Below the pieces are notes generated by a model. The model was not told the origin of the DNA, made no database searches, and saw only the letters and a program-made list of their open reading frames with translations. Position numbers and translations under genes: made by a program. From an uncultured delta proteobacterium (GTDB lineage Bacteria > Desulfobacterota > Desulfomonilia > Desulfomonilales > Desulfomonilaceae), in NCBI GenBank assembly GCA_963789265.1, contig CAWBKB010000004.1, positions 263,998-327,997 of the forward strand: a stretch of DNA of 64,000 bases, given 5' to 3'. Shown piece after piece: positions 28,200 through 36,193 of this stretch (position 1 is its first letter; each line of letters begins with the position of its first letter).

Positions 28200-28628
28200 A
28201 TGTCTAACAACTCTCAGAAATCGCTACAAGCGACACAAGAACAGATAATCTATGCGAATCTGCTCGAAAAAGGTATGTTTTTGGGACTGCTGATCTTGTT
28301 AATCACGTATTTGCTCTATGTACTTGGGATACTGAAGCCCTATGTGCCTATCAATGAAATCCCCAAATGTTGGGGTGCCGGTGTCCACAATTATCTGCAC
28401 CATTGCCATATACAGACCGGCTGGACATGGCTCGGAATGGTCCGTTACGGGGATTTCATAAATTTCATAGGGATTGCCCTGCTCGCAGGAGTGACCATCG
28501 TTTGTTTTTTGGCAATTGTGCCGGTGTTATGGAAGAACGGCGACAAGTGGTACGCATGCTTCGCGTTGCTGGAAGTGCTTATCCTGGGCTTGGCTGCCAG
28601 CGGCATCCTTAGCGTAGGTGGACATTGA
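28200..28628 (+). CDS. Membrane protein of unknown function. It may correspond to the small membrane partners (DUF1634-type) I recall accompanying some TauE genes; this family link is not verified.
   Basis: 142 aa with three or four hydrophobic helices and a GGAGAGG RBS. The family assignment is uncertain. Confidence 0.5.
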   Translation: MSNNSQKSLQATQEQIIYANLLEKGMFLGLLILLITYLLYVLGILKPYVPINEIPKCWGAGVHNYLHHCHIQTGWTWLGMVRYGDFINFIGIALLAGVTIVCFLAIVPVLWKNGDKWYACFALLEVLILGLAASGILSVGGH

Positions 28629-28725
28629 CAAGTCCCGAATGACAACCGGCGGTCCGCGGGTCGCGGCACGGTGGCCGACACTGACGGTCAAGGCGGGGCC
28701 TGCTGATTAAAGAGACTACCTCCGA

Positions 28726-29427
28726 CTACAAACGTCTTGTTCCTTCGGCCAACTCCATCAGACCCTCGCGGTCCACGATTAAGATGTGCGGCCCATCGTA
28801 CTCAATCAAGCCTTGTTTTACCATTCTGGTAAGGATGCGGGACAACGTTTCGGGTATTGTGCCCAACATGCCCGCCAGTTGTCCTTTGGGTACGTCCAAT
28901 TCCAGACTGTTCGCCCCTGCTTTTCGTTCGCTTAAGTAAAGAAGGTGAGCTGCCAGGCGGCCGGGAACTTCTTTCAGGGAAAGATTGTCGACTAGTTCCG
29001 TAAAACGGCGCAAGCGGCGCGAAAGCACGGCGAGCATATTTAGTGACAGCGAAGGATTTTGGCTAATCAAGCCGACAAACGCAACTCTTGGAAAAAAGAG
29101 GCATCGAGTTTGGTCCAGCGCCACGGCATGTGCCGGAAAGCGACGCCCTTCGAAAACCGGCACTTCTCCAAAAGGCTCCCCAGCGCCAAAAATGTGCAGG
29201 ATCTGTTCTCTTCCGTCAGCGGAAAGTTTGTAGATTTTCACTCGGCCTGCCACAACCACGTAAAATCCTGTCCCCGGTTCTCCTTCCGAAAAGATTGTTC
29301 TACCTCGCTTGAATGACTTCGCAAGGGCTATGGAGGCGAGGTCCTTGAGCTGATCCTCAGGCAAATCCTCAAACAACGGTATATTCGCGACCAACCTGAC
29401 TGTTTCCATATTACTCCGATCCATCAT
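28726..29427 (-). CDS. Crp/Fnr-family transcription regulator (HcpR-like by context)
   Basis: cNMP-binding-type beta-barrel (GFYVVVAGRVKIYK...GREQILHIFGAGEPFGE) and a C-terminal HTH (GQLAGMLGTIPETLSRILTRM). Divergent from the hcp island. Confidence 0.85.
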   Translation of the reverse strand: MMDRSNMETVRLVANIPLFEDLPEDQLKDLASIALAKSFKRGRTIFSEGEPGTGFYVVVAGRVKIYKLSADGREQILHIFGAGEPFGEVPVFEGRRFPAHAVALDQTRCLFFPRVAFVGLISQNPSLSLNMLAVLSRRLRRFTELVDNLSLKEVPGRLAAHLLYLSERKAGANSLELDVPKGQLAGMLGTIPETLSRILTRMVKQGLIEYDGPHILIVDREGLMELAEGTRRL

Positions 29428-29511
29428 CGAAAATGCCGAGAAGGAACTCGATACTCAATGTGGACTCGAAAAAAGTAGCCGTTCACTTGCGCCTGGAACG
29501 TTCTGTCGCTT

Positions 29512-29637
29512 GTCATTGCGAGGAGTGACTGGTGGGGCTGGCTTCCAGCCTGTCTACCAGGGGTGACGGGCAAGATGCCCGTCCCACTGGCAATCTAAGC
29601 GGCTTTTAAAGGAAAAGATGGCTTCGGTCGCAATGAC
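29512..29637. repeat. Composite MITE-like element with GTCATTGCG...CGCAATGAC termini enclosing GGCTTCCAGCC and GACGGGCAAGATGCCCGTC hairpins
   Basis: Terminal arms lie at 29512-29520 and 29629-29637. The internal segment 29531-29590 recurs in inverted orientation at 29841-29904. Confidence 0.7.
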
Positions 29638-29686
29638 AATCTTTCACCGCTGCTAAGCGAATGTTTGCTGAAAAAAAATGATCTGA

Positions 29687-29700
29687 TTGACTTAAGTCAA
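29687..29700. promoter_or_regulatory. FNR/CRP-type palindromic box TTGACTTAAGTCAA (putative HcpR site 1)
   Basis: Perfect 14-bp palindrome, identical to the box at 31048. It lies between the divergent Crp/Fnr gene and the 30060 gene. A TAAATT -10-like hexamer lies about 23 nt downstream on the plus strand. Confidence 0.6.
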
Positions 29701-29840
29701 AGCACGTTCTGCTCTGAGTAGTTAAATTCTTTTCGTGTAAAGGAAAACACGTTTTCGGATTGAGCCAGAATCAATCAAAACAGCGAAAACGTCAAGATAT
29801 AGCGGTTCTCAAAAGTAATCGCGGGAAAAGAAGATGGCTT

Positions 29841-29904
29841 GGTGGCGACGGGCATCTTGCCCGTCGTTCCCACTAGACAGGCTGGAAGCCTGTCCCACCA
29901 ATCC
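29841..29904. repeat. Inverted copy of the hairpin module found at 29531-29590
   Basis: Its reverse complement aligns with 29531-29590 through ggcttccagcctgtcta and gacgggcaagatgcccgtc. Confidence 0.7.
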
Positions 29905-30059
29905 AAATAAGTTACCGACACGCATTGCGTATGACGACAATATTTTTGAGAACTACCATAGGTCCATACGAATTGCGACTCCGAGTAAGCAACAATGACG
30001 GAATATTTTTTGGGGAACAAGATCAGTGGCACGGCCATTCCGATGGAGGAGTTCAATAA

Positions 30060-30860
30060 ATGAAATGGGCCAGAGAGGCTGAAGAAGCCATAGCCAGGGT
30101 CCCCTTTTTCGTGCGCCGACGCGTGCGGAAACGAGTGGAAGATGAAGCCGAACGGCGGCATTCATGTGAGGTGACTCTGGAGCATGTGCGTGCCTGCAAG
30201 CAAAAATTTCTCACGAATATGGAGGACGAGGTCAACGGCTACCAGATCGAGACCTGTTTCGGTCCCGGAGGTTGCCCGCACCGTGCAATAAAGGATCCGG
30301 ACCTCGTGAAAAAGTTGGAAGCTATCTTGGCCTCGAAGGACCTTCGGGCATTCCTGAAGAATCGTGTGAGCGGTCCCCTCAAACTGCACCATGAATTTCG
30401 CGTGTCCGTATCTAACTGCCCCAATGCTTGTTCCCGGCCTCAAATAGCGGATTTGGGCCTCATTGGAGCTGCTCGGCCGCGAATCTATGCCGACGGATGC
30501 ACCGGATGCGGTGCATGTACGACTATATGTGGAGAAGACGCGATCCAATTGTCCGAAACAGGCGTCCGGCCCATAATCGATGGCGAAAAATGCCTCTCCT
30601 GCGGCCGGTGCATCTCGGTCTGCCCCGGAGAGGTTCTTGGAGAAGAGACGAAAGGCTATCGCATATTGCTGGGCGGAAAGCTCGGGCGCAGACCGCAGCT
30701 TGCCAGGGAACTCGAAGGTATCTATTCCAGGGAGGAAGCACTTCGAGTTGTAGACAAATGTCTGGATCATTATCTGGAGCATTGTGTGGCCGGCGAACGT
30801 TTCGGAGAGATTTTGAATCGGACGGGTGCCGATCTGACCGCGTTCTCAGCGAAGCTTTGA
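30060..30860 (+). CDS. Sulfite/nitrite-reductase-like Fe-S protein: PCP_red N-domain, CX5C...CX3C siroheme-[4Fe-4S] motif and inserted 2x[4Fe-4S] ferredoxin domain
   Basis: WAREAEEAIARVPFFVRRRVRKRVEDEA (PCP_red-type), ETCFGPGGCPH (CX5C), SNCPNACSRPQIADLGLIG (CX3C), CTGCGACTTICGEDAI and CLSCGRCISVCPG. GGAGGAG RBS. Confidence 0.7.
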   Translation: MKWAREAEEAIARVPFFVRRRVRKRVEDEAERRHSCEVTLEHVRACKQKFLTNMEDEVNGYQIETCFGPGGCPHRAIKDPDLVKKLEAILASKDLRAFLKNRVSGPLKLHHEFRVSVSNCPNACSRPQIADLGLIGAARPRIYADGCTGCGACTTICGEDAIQLSETGVRPIIDGEKCLSCGRCISVCPGEVLGEETKGYRILLGGKLGRRPQLARELEGIYSREEALRVVDKCLDHYLEHCVAGERFGEILNRTGADLTAFSAKL

Positions 30861-30892
30861 ACTGGAGTTTCTCCTTGTAAAGACGGGAACTG

Positions 30893-30972
30893 TCATTGCG
30901 AGGCCGCGAGCTCACAACAACCCGGCGACCAGCAAAAACACATTGCGTCGACGTCTGACTTCTCGCAATGAC
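30893..30972. repeat. Palindromic REP-like element, GTCATTGCGAG family
   Basis: gtcattgcgagg... at 30893 and ...ctcgcaatgac ending at 30972. Confidence 0.7.
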
Positions 30973-31047
30973 AGTGGTCTCAATACTGGATTCTGTGGCC
31001 AAGGCGCGGTTCCCGACCACAAAAAAATCACAAAAAAAGATGACATC

Positions 31048-31061
31048 TTGACTTAAGTCAA
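31048..31061. promoter_or_regulatory. FNR/CRP-type palindromic box TTGACTTAAGTCAA (putative HcpR site 2, hcp promoter)
   Basis: Perfect palindrome 106 nt upstream of the hcp ATG. A TAACAT -10-like hexamer lies at about 31083-31088, the spacing expected for a class II activator site. An A7 tract lies upstream, as at site 1. Confidence 0.65.
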
Positions 31062-31166
31062 GGAACGATTTCATCAGGTGATTAACATATCAATTAATGG
31101 GGCAGGGGGACCGGCGCGAATTAACTCAACATCATTTTCTAGGAAGATCATCGCCAGGAGGAAAAG

Positions 31167-32807
31167 ATGGAAGATCAGATGTATTGTTATCAGTGTGAAC
31201 AGACAGCTTTCGGCACAGCATGCAACAAAGTCGGTGTCTGCGGCAAGTCACCGGAAGTGGCGGCACTTCAGGACCTTCTCACGTATGCCCTGAAAGGATT
31301 GGCCCTGTATGCAGTGGAAGGCCGCAAAGTAGGTGTAACGGACCGTGAGGTCAATGTCTTCACGGTGGAGGCGCTCTTTTCGACCCTGACCAATGTCGAT
31401 TTCGATGCAGCACGGTTTGTGCCGCTGATCCAACGTGCGGTAGCCCTGCGAGAGAGCCTGAAAGAGAAGGTCAAGGCAGCGGGGGGCAAGGTGGATTTTT
31501 CCGAGGACGTGGCAAAATTTACCCCCGCTGATTCGATGAACGGGATGTTAAAGCAGGCAGAGGGAGTTGGTTTCAGGCCCACTACCCTACTTGATCCAGA
31601 CATACGCTCCCTTCAGCATACACTGATTCTCGGCCTGAGAGGAGTCGCTGCTTATGCGGACCATGCGCAGATCCTCGGCCAGGAGGATGACGCCGTGTAC
31701 GCGTTTATCCATGAGGGGCTTGCAGCCACACTCAACGGCAAGCTCACGCTCAACGATTGGATAGGGCTGGTTCTTAAATGCGGAGAAATCAACCTCAGAA
31801 CCATGGAACTGCTCGACGCGGCCAACACCGGAACTTATGGCCATCCCGTCCCCACAAAAGTCCCTCTGGGTGCCAAGAAAGGGAAAGCGATCCTCGTATC
31901 CGGACACGACCTGAAGGACCTGGAAGAGTTACTCAAGCAGACTGAGGGCAAGGGAATCAACGTGTACACCCACGGTGAAATGTTGCCCACTCACGGCTAT
32001 CCCGAGCTCAAAAAATATTCCCATTTCTACGGGCATTACGGGACAGCGTGGCAGAACCAGCGCAAGGAATTTGCCGAATTCCCGGGCGCGATCTTGATGA
32101 CCACCAACTGCATTCAAAGGCCCAAAGAAAGCTACATGGACAACATCTTTACCACCGGCCTCGTAGGGTGGCCGGGCGCGAAGCACATTCCGACCCAAAA
32201 CTTCGCTCCGGTAATAGAGAAGGCCCTTGAAATGTCGGGTTTCACCGAGGACATCAACGGAAAGGCCGTTATGTGCGGGTTCGGCAGAAACGCGGTCATG
32301 TCGGTAGCCGGGCAGGTTATCGACGCGGTGAAGAACGGGGCCATCCGGCATTTCTTCCTGGTTGCAGGATGTGACGGAGCCAAGCCTGGCCGCAATTACT
32401 ACACCGAGTTCGTGGAGAAGGTGCCCGAAGACTGCGTCGTCTTGACGCTCGCCTGCGGAAAGTTCCGGTTCTTCGATAAGGATCTTGGGGACATAGGAGG
32501 TATCCCGAGGCTCCTGGATGTAGGTCAGTGCAACGACGCATATTCCGCCATCCAGATAGCGATTGCGCTTTCCAAAGCCTTCAACGTAAGCGTGAACGAA
32601 CTTCCACTTTCTCTCGTGCTCTCATGGTACGAGCAGAAAGCAGTGGCCATTCTGCTGACTCTCCTGCACCTCGGGATCAAGGGGATTCGTCTTGGCCCCA
32701 GCCTGCCGGCGTTTATCACTCCCAATGTACTGGACGTGCTGGTGAAGAACTTCGATATAAAGCCCATCACCACACCGGATGAGGACTTGAAGGCCATTCT
32801 GGGATAA
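31167..32807 (+). CDS. hcp: Hybrid cluster protein / hydroxylamine reductase
   Basis: N-terminal MYCYQCEQTAFGTACNKVGVCGK cysteine motif, 546 aa, and conserved internal motifs (GHDL.DLE.LL.QT.G.GINVYTHGEM, LVAGCDG). Confidence 0.95.
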   Translation: MEDQMYCYQCEQTAFGTACNKVGVCGKSPEVAALQDLLTYALKGLALYAVEGRKVGVTDREVNVFTVEALFSTLTNVDFDAARFVPLIQRAVALRESLKEKVKAAGGKVDFSEDVAKFTPADSMNGMLKQAEGVGFRPTTLLDPDIRSLQHTLILGLRGVAAYADHAQILGQEDDAVYAFIHEGLAATLNGKLTLNDWIGLVLKCGEINLRTMELLDAANTGTYGHPVPTKVPLGAKKGKAILVSGHDLKDLEELLKQTEGKGINVYTHGEMLPTHGYPELKKYSHFYGHYGTAWQNQRKEFAEFPGAILMTTNCIQRPKESYMDNIFTTGLVGWPGAKHIPTQNFAPVIEKALEMSGFTEDINGKAVMCGFGRNAVMSVAGQVIDAVKNGAIRHFFLVAGCDGAKPGRNYYTEFVEKVPEDCVVLTLACGKFRFFDKDLGDIGGIPRLLDVGQCNDAYSAIQIAIALSKAFNVSVNELPLSLVLSWYEQKAVAILLTLLHLGIKGIRLGPSLPAFITPNVLDVLVKNFDIKPITTPDEDLKAILG

Positions 32808-32814
32808 ATTACAT

Positions 32815-32838
32815 GGGGCGGGTCACACCGCCCCTTTC
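32815..32838 (+). terminator. Weak hairpin terminator candidate after hcp
   Basis: ggggcgg (32815-32821) pairs with ccgcccc (32828-32834), followed only by TTT. Confidence 0.35.
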
Positions 32839-32878
32839 CAACCATTGCGATTCGGGCTGATGGAAAGAGAGATTAACA

Positions 32879-33640
32879 ATGAAATGCCCGGGACAAGACC
32901 CACGCTACTGGAAATTTGATGCCATATTTGAAACCGAGTGTCCCAACTGCGGTGCCGCGGTTGAATTTTTCAAAGACGAAACGAGGCGCAAATGCAGGAA
33001 GTGCGGGCATAAGGTGCTTAATCCAAAGATGGACTTCGGTTGTGCAGCCCACTGCAAATTCGCGGAACATTGCTTTGGAGACCTCCCACCCGAGCTGTTG
33101 AAGCAGAAAGAGGACCTCTTCAAAGACCGGGTTGCGGTGGCGATGAAGCTTTATTTCAAGCAGGATTTCAAACGAATCGGCCATGCCGGCAGAGTCGCCC
33201 GTTATGCGGAAAGGCTGGTCCAAGAGGAAAAGGGCGATCCAGCGATTGTTCTTGCCGCGGCCTATTTGCACGACATCGGCATCAAGAAGGCCGAGGAAAA
33301 ACATGGCAGTACAGAGTCACGTTATCAGGAGGAAGAAGGGCCGCAAGTCGCACGTGAGATCCTGACGAACCTGGACGCCACGGAAGCACTGATCGACGAA
33401 GTTTGCGACATCGTCGGCCACCACCACCATCCCCGGCCTCAAGAGACTGTCAACTTTAAGATAGTTTACGACGCTGATGTGCTGACGAATATTGAGGAAA
33501 AGCAAAAAAAGGTCCCAATGGCGGCTGAAAAGCTGGCAGAGCTTATCGATTCAAAATTCCTAACTGGATGTGGCCGCGAACTGGCACGCAGCGTTCTGCT
33601 CAATGGGGCGAACGCAAAAAATGCGGTTTGGGGATACTGA
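32879..33640 (+). CDS. HD-domain phosphohydrolase-like protein with N-terminal Cys-rich zinc-ribbon region
   Basis: CPNCG...CRKCGH...CAAHCKFAEHC, then the HD motif AAYLHDIG and a later DIVGHHHH. Confidence 0.75.
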   Translation: MKCPGQDPRYWKFDAIFETECPNCGAAVEFFKDETRRKCRKCGHKVLNPKMDFGCAAHCKFAEHCFGDLPPELLKQKEDLFKDRVAVAMKLYFKQDFKRIGHAGRVARYAERLVQEEKGDPAIVLAAAYLHDIGIKKAEEKHGSTESRYQEEEGPQVAREILTNLDATEALIDEVCDIVGHHHHPRPQETVNFKIVYDADVLTNIEEKQKKVPMAAEKLAELIDSKFLTGCGRELARSVLLNGANAKNAVWGY

Positions 33641-33745
33641 TTTTGTGAAGATAGTGCTCGTGATAGGCATTAGCGAGGCTGATAAAGACTGACTTTTCGC
33701 TAATCCCGGACAGTGAGAGAGGATCTACAACCCTCTCTGTTGGTA

Positions 33746-33845
33746 GGACCGGCATCTTGCCCGTTATTCGTCCCCCCAGACTGCGATTCGGGGATCGTAG
33801 GGGCGACCGGCGGTCGCCCACAGGGCGAATGCCATTCGCCCCTAC
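33746..33845. repeat. Block of GC-rich palindromic REP-like units
   Basis: ggaccggcatcttgcccgtt (33746-33766), gtaggggcgaccggcggtcgccc (33797-33819) and agggcgaatgccattcgcccctac (33822-33845). Each is an internal hairpin. Confidence 0.65.
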
Positions 33846-33975
33846 AATTGCCCGCTTACGCGAGCACGATGACCGGCAATCCCGCCCGGGCGAGACTGTC
33901 GCACCGCGACTCCAAATGCGACAACGTACTAACGAAACCAAGTACTAAGACAGACGGTTCCAGGAGATTACGGAG

Positions 33976-34731
33976 ATGAAAACGAAACGCAAGATTATCC
34001 AAATAAACAAGGATCTTTGTGACGGCTGCGGCCAGTGCATCATTTCGTGCGCGGAAGGGGCTTTAGAACTGGTGGACGGAAAGGTGAGCCTCGTGTCGGA
34101 GAAGTACTGTGACGGCCTCGGCGCGTGTTTGGGCGAATGTCCCACAGGAGCACTTCAAGTCATTGAACGACAGGCTGAAGATTTTGACGAGGAAGCGGTG
34201 GAGGAGTACTTGAAGGCAGGGAAAGAAGTCGAAGAACCGGCCGCTCTGACGTTGGCGTGCGGTTGTCCGTCCGCGACAGTCCAAAACTTTGCGCAGGCTG
34301 CTTCCTGTCAACAGGCCAACGAACCTGTATCGCAGGTGAACGCTGCTTCAGCTTTATCACATTGGCCGGTGCAGATAAGGCTTGTACCGCCGTCTGCTCC
34401 GTTCCTAAAGAATGCAGATCTCCTTGTGGCAGCAGACTGTACACCTGTGGCTTATCCGAACTTTCACCGTGATTTCCTGAAGGGTAGGGCGGTGATGGTC
34501 GGCTGTCCCAAGTTCGACGATGTTCAGGGTTACATAGATAAGTTTGCGCAAATCTTCAGCAACACGTCCATAAAGAGCATAACTGTGGTTGTCATGGAGG
34601 TCCCTTGCTGCTCCGGCTTGCCCGTGATTGTTAAAAGGGCAATGCAGTTAGCTGGGAAGAGCGTTCCAATGGACCAGGTCGTCATCAGCTCCAGAGGGGA
34701 AATCCTGAAAAGAGAAAAATTGGTTGCGTGA
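33976..34731 (+). CDS. 4Fe-4S dicluster-domain protein with conserved Cys-containing C-terminal domain (hcp-associated ferredoxin-like protein)
   Basis: CDGCGQCIISCAEGAL and CDGLGACLGECPTGAL, with C-terminal VGCPKFDD and MEVPCCSGL motifs. Confidence 0.7.
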   Translation: MKTKRKIIQINKDLCDGCGQCIISCAEGALELVDGKVSLVSEKYCDGLGACLGECPTGALQVIERQAEDFDEEAVEEYLKAGKEVEEPAALTLACGCPSATVQNFAQAASCQQANEPVSQVNAASALSHWPVQIRLVPPSAPFLKNADLLVAADCTPVAYPNFHRDFLKGRAVMVGCPKFDDVQGYIDKFAQIFSNTSIKSITVVVMEVPCCSGLPVIVKRAMQLAGKSVPMDQVVISSRGEILKREKLVA

Positions 34732-34763
34732 TGCAGCGGTTCTGGAGACATTCAGAGCAGGTG

Positions 34764-34781
34764 AATTTGTGAGCACAAATT
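34764..34781. promoter_or_regulatory. Perfect 18-bp palindrome AATTTGTGAGCACAAATT upstream of the hemerythrin gene (candidate operator)
   Basis: aatttgtg / cacaaatt half-sites separated by AG, 40 nt upstream of ATG 34821. Confidence 0.4.
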
Positions 34782-34820
34782 GTTTGATTTTGAGACGTCG
34801 CTCTGGGAAGGAGCAAGCAA

Positions 34821-35375
34821 ATGAAAGCAACAGAGCAACTGAGGAATGAGCACGAAGGAATAAAGTTGATGATGCGCATACTGGAGAAGCTCTCCGAGAA
34901 GCTCGAAGCCGGCGAGGATGTTGAAGCGGACCATCTAGAAAAGATAGTAGAGTTCTTCAGAATTTTTGCAGACAGGTGCCATCACGGTAAAGAGGAAGAC
35001 ATCCTGTTTCCCGCGATGGAAGCGGCGGGCATCCCAAAGGAAGGCGGCCCTATCGGAGTAATGCTTCTGGAGCACGATCAGGGTCGAGGTTATGTAAAGG
35101 GCATGGCCGATGCGACTGCCAAATACAAGGCCGGCGACCGAAAAGCCGCCCCGGTTATTGCATCCAATGCCCGAAACTATATTGCCTTATTGACCCAACA
35201 TATCGAAAAGGAAAACCAGGTCCTGTTCCCAATGGCCGATTCTCATCTACCTGCGGAACAACAGGACTCAATATTTGAAGCATTCGAGAAAATAGAAGTG
35301 GAGAAGATCGGAGTGGGCAAGCACGAGGAATTCCATCATCTGCTCGATAACTTGACGGCAGTCTATTTGAAGTAA
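34821..35375 (+). CDS. Hemerythrin (HHE cation-binding) domain protein
   Basis: LRNEHEGIK..., FADRCHHGKEEDILFP, LEHDQGR and HIEKENQVLFP motifs. Confidence 0.85.
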   Translation: MKATEQLRNEHEGIKLMMRILEKLSEKLEAGEDVEADHLEKIVEFFRIFADRCHHGKEEDILFPAMEAAGIPKEGGPIGVMLLEHDQGRGYVKGMADATAKYKAGDRKAAPVIASNARNYIALLTQHIEKENQVLFPMADSHLPAEQQDSIFEAFEKIEVEKIGVGKHEEFHHLLDNLTAVYLK

Positions 35376-35504
35376 TCGCTACATTGGCTGGATTCGGCAC
35401 GGATCTGACCGAGCCCACGTGAGATGCGAGATGACATCCAGAACCCGATGTTGACCTTATGCTGAGTGCAACTGCCCTGAGACTAATCCCGGACACCAAG
35501 GTAC

Positions 35505-35533
35505 TTGTGAGGCTGGCTAGACTTCAGTACAAT
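35505..35533 (+). promoter_or_regulatory. Sigma-70-like promoter candidate for vapBC
   Basis: TTGTGA (35505-35510), a 17-nt spacer and TACAAT (35528-35533), about 38 nt upstream of the vapB ATG. Confidence 0.4.
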
Positions 35534-35570
35534 AGGTGTATGACAAAGGCTAGATCGATGGGAGCAATGT

Positions 35571-35777
35571 ATGGAAACTGTAACTGTTTCTCCAAAATTC
35601 CAAGTTGTGATCCCCAAGAAAGTACGGGACGTCCTCGGCCTCCAAGTGGGGCATAAAGTCCGGGTGATGGTCTTCGACAACCGCATCGAGTTAATTCCAA
35701 TCAGACCTATGCAGGATGCTCGCGGCTTTCTGAAAGGCATTGACACGAGCATCAAACGGGAGCCGGATCGCTTATGA
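35571..35777 (+). CDS. vapB: AbrB/SpoVT-family antitoxin (VapB-type)
   Basis: TVSPKFQVVIPKKVRDVLGLQVGHKV swapped-hairpin motif. Overlaps the toxin gene by 4 nt. Confidence 0.8.
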   Translation: METVTVSPKFQVVIPKKVRDVLGLQVGHKVRVMVFDNRIELIPIRPMQDARGFLKGIDTSIKREPDRL

Positions 35778-36160
35778 ACGTCGTTGATTCATCGGGCTGG
35801 CTGGAATACTTTGCGGACGGGTTGAATGCTGATTTCTTTGCTCCAGCTATCGAGAATGCCGCGGAATTGATTGTTCCTACCATAAGCATATATCAAGTGT
35901 TTAAGCGCGTCAGGCAGCAGCGAAGTGAAAACGAGGCGTTGCAGGCCGCTGTGACAATGCAGGCAGGAATTGTTGTCGATCTGGACGTTATGTTGGCGCT
36001 AGAGGCAGCGAAGCTATCTTGGCAATTGAAGCTGCCAATGGCGGATAGCATCATTTTGGCGACAGCCCAGATATATAAAGCTGATTTGTGGACGCAAGAC
36101 ATTGATTTCAAAGAAATCGCAGGCGTAAGATACATTGAAAGAATCAGTAGGCCTGGATAA
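35774..36160 (+). CDS. vapC: PIN-domain ribonuclease toxin (VapC-type)
   Basis: An N-terminal VVDSS acidic residue, internal E/D residues and a C-terminal TQDIDF, in the order typical of PIN domains. Confidence 0.8.
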   Translation: MNVVDSSGWLEYFADGLNADFFAPAIENAAELIVPTISIYQVFKRVRQQRSENEALQAAVTMQAGIVVDLDVMLALEAAKLSWQLKLPMADSIILATAQIYKADLWTQDIDFKEIAGVRYIERISRPG

Positions 36161-36193
36161 TTGATGACCGTGCTCAGTTCATAAAACTGGCCA

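Noticed and set aside
29775-30161. 128-aa minus-strand ORF between the Crp/Fnr gene and the 30060 gene
   Set aside because: Its translation is made of REP hairpin sequence (the GKMPVATK and SLPACLVG types). It overlaps the well-supported start of the 30060 gene.
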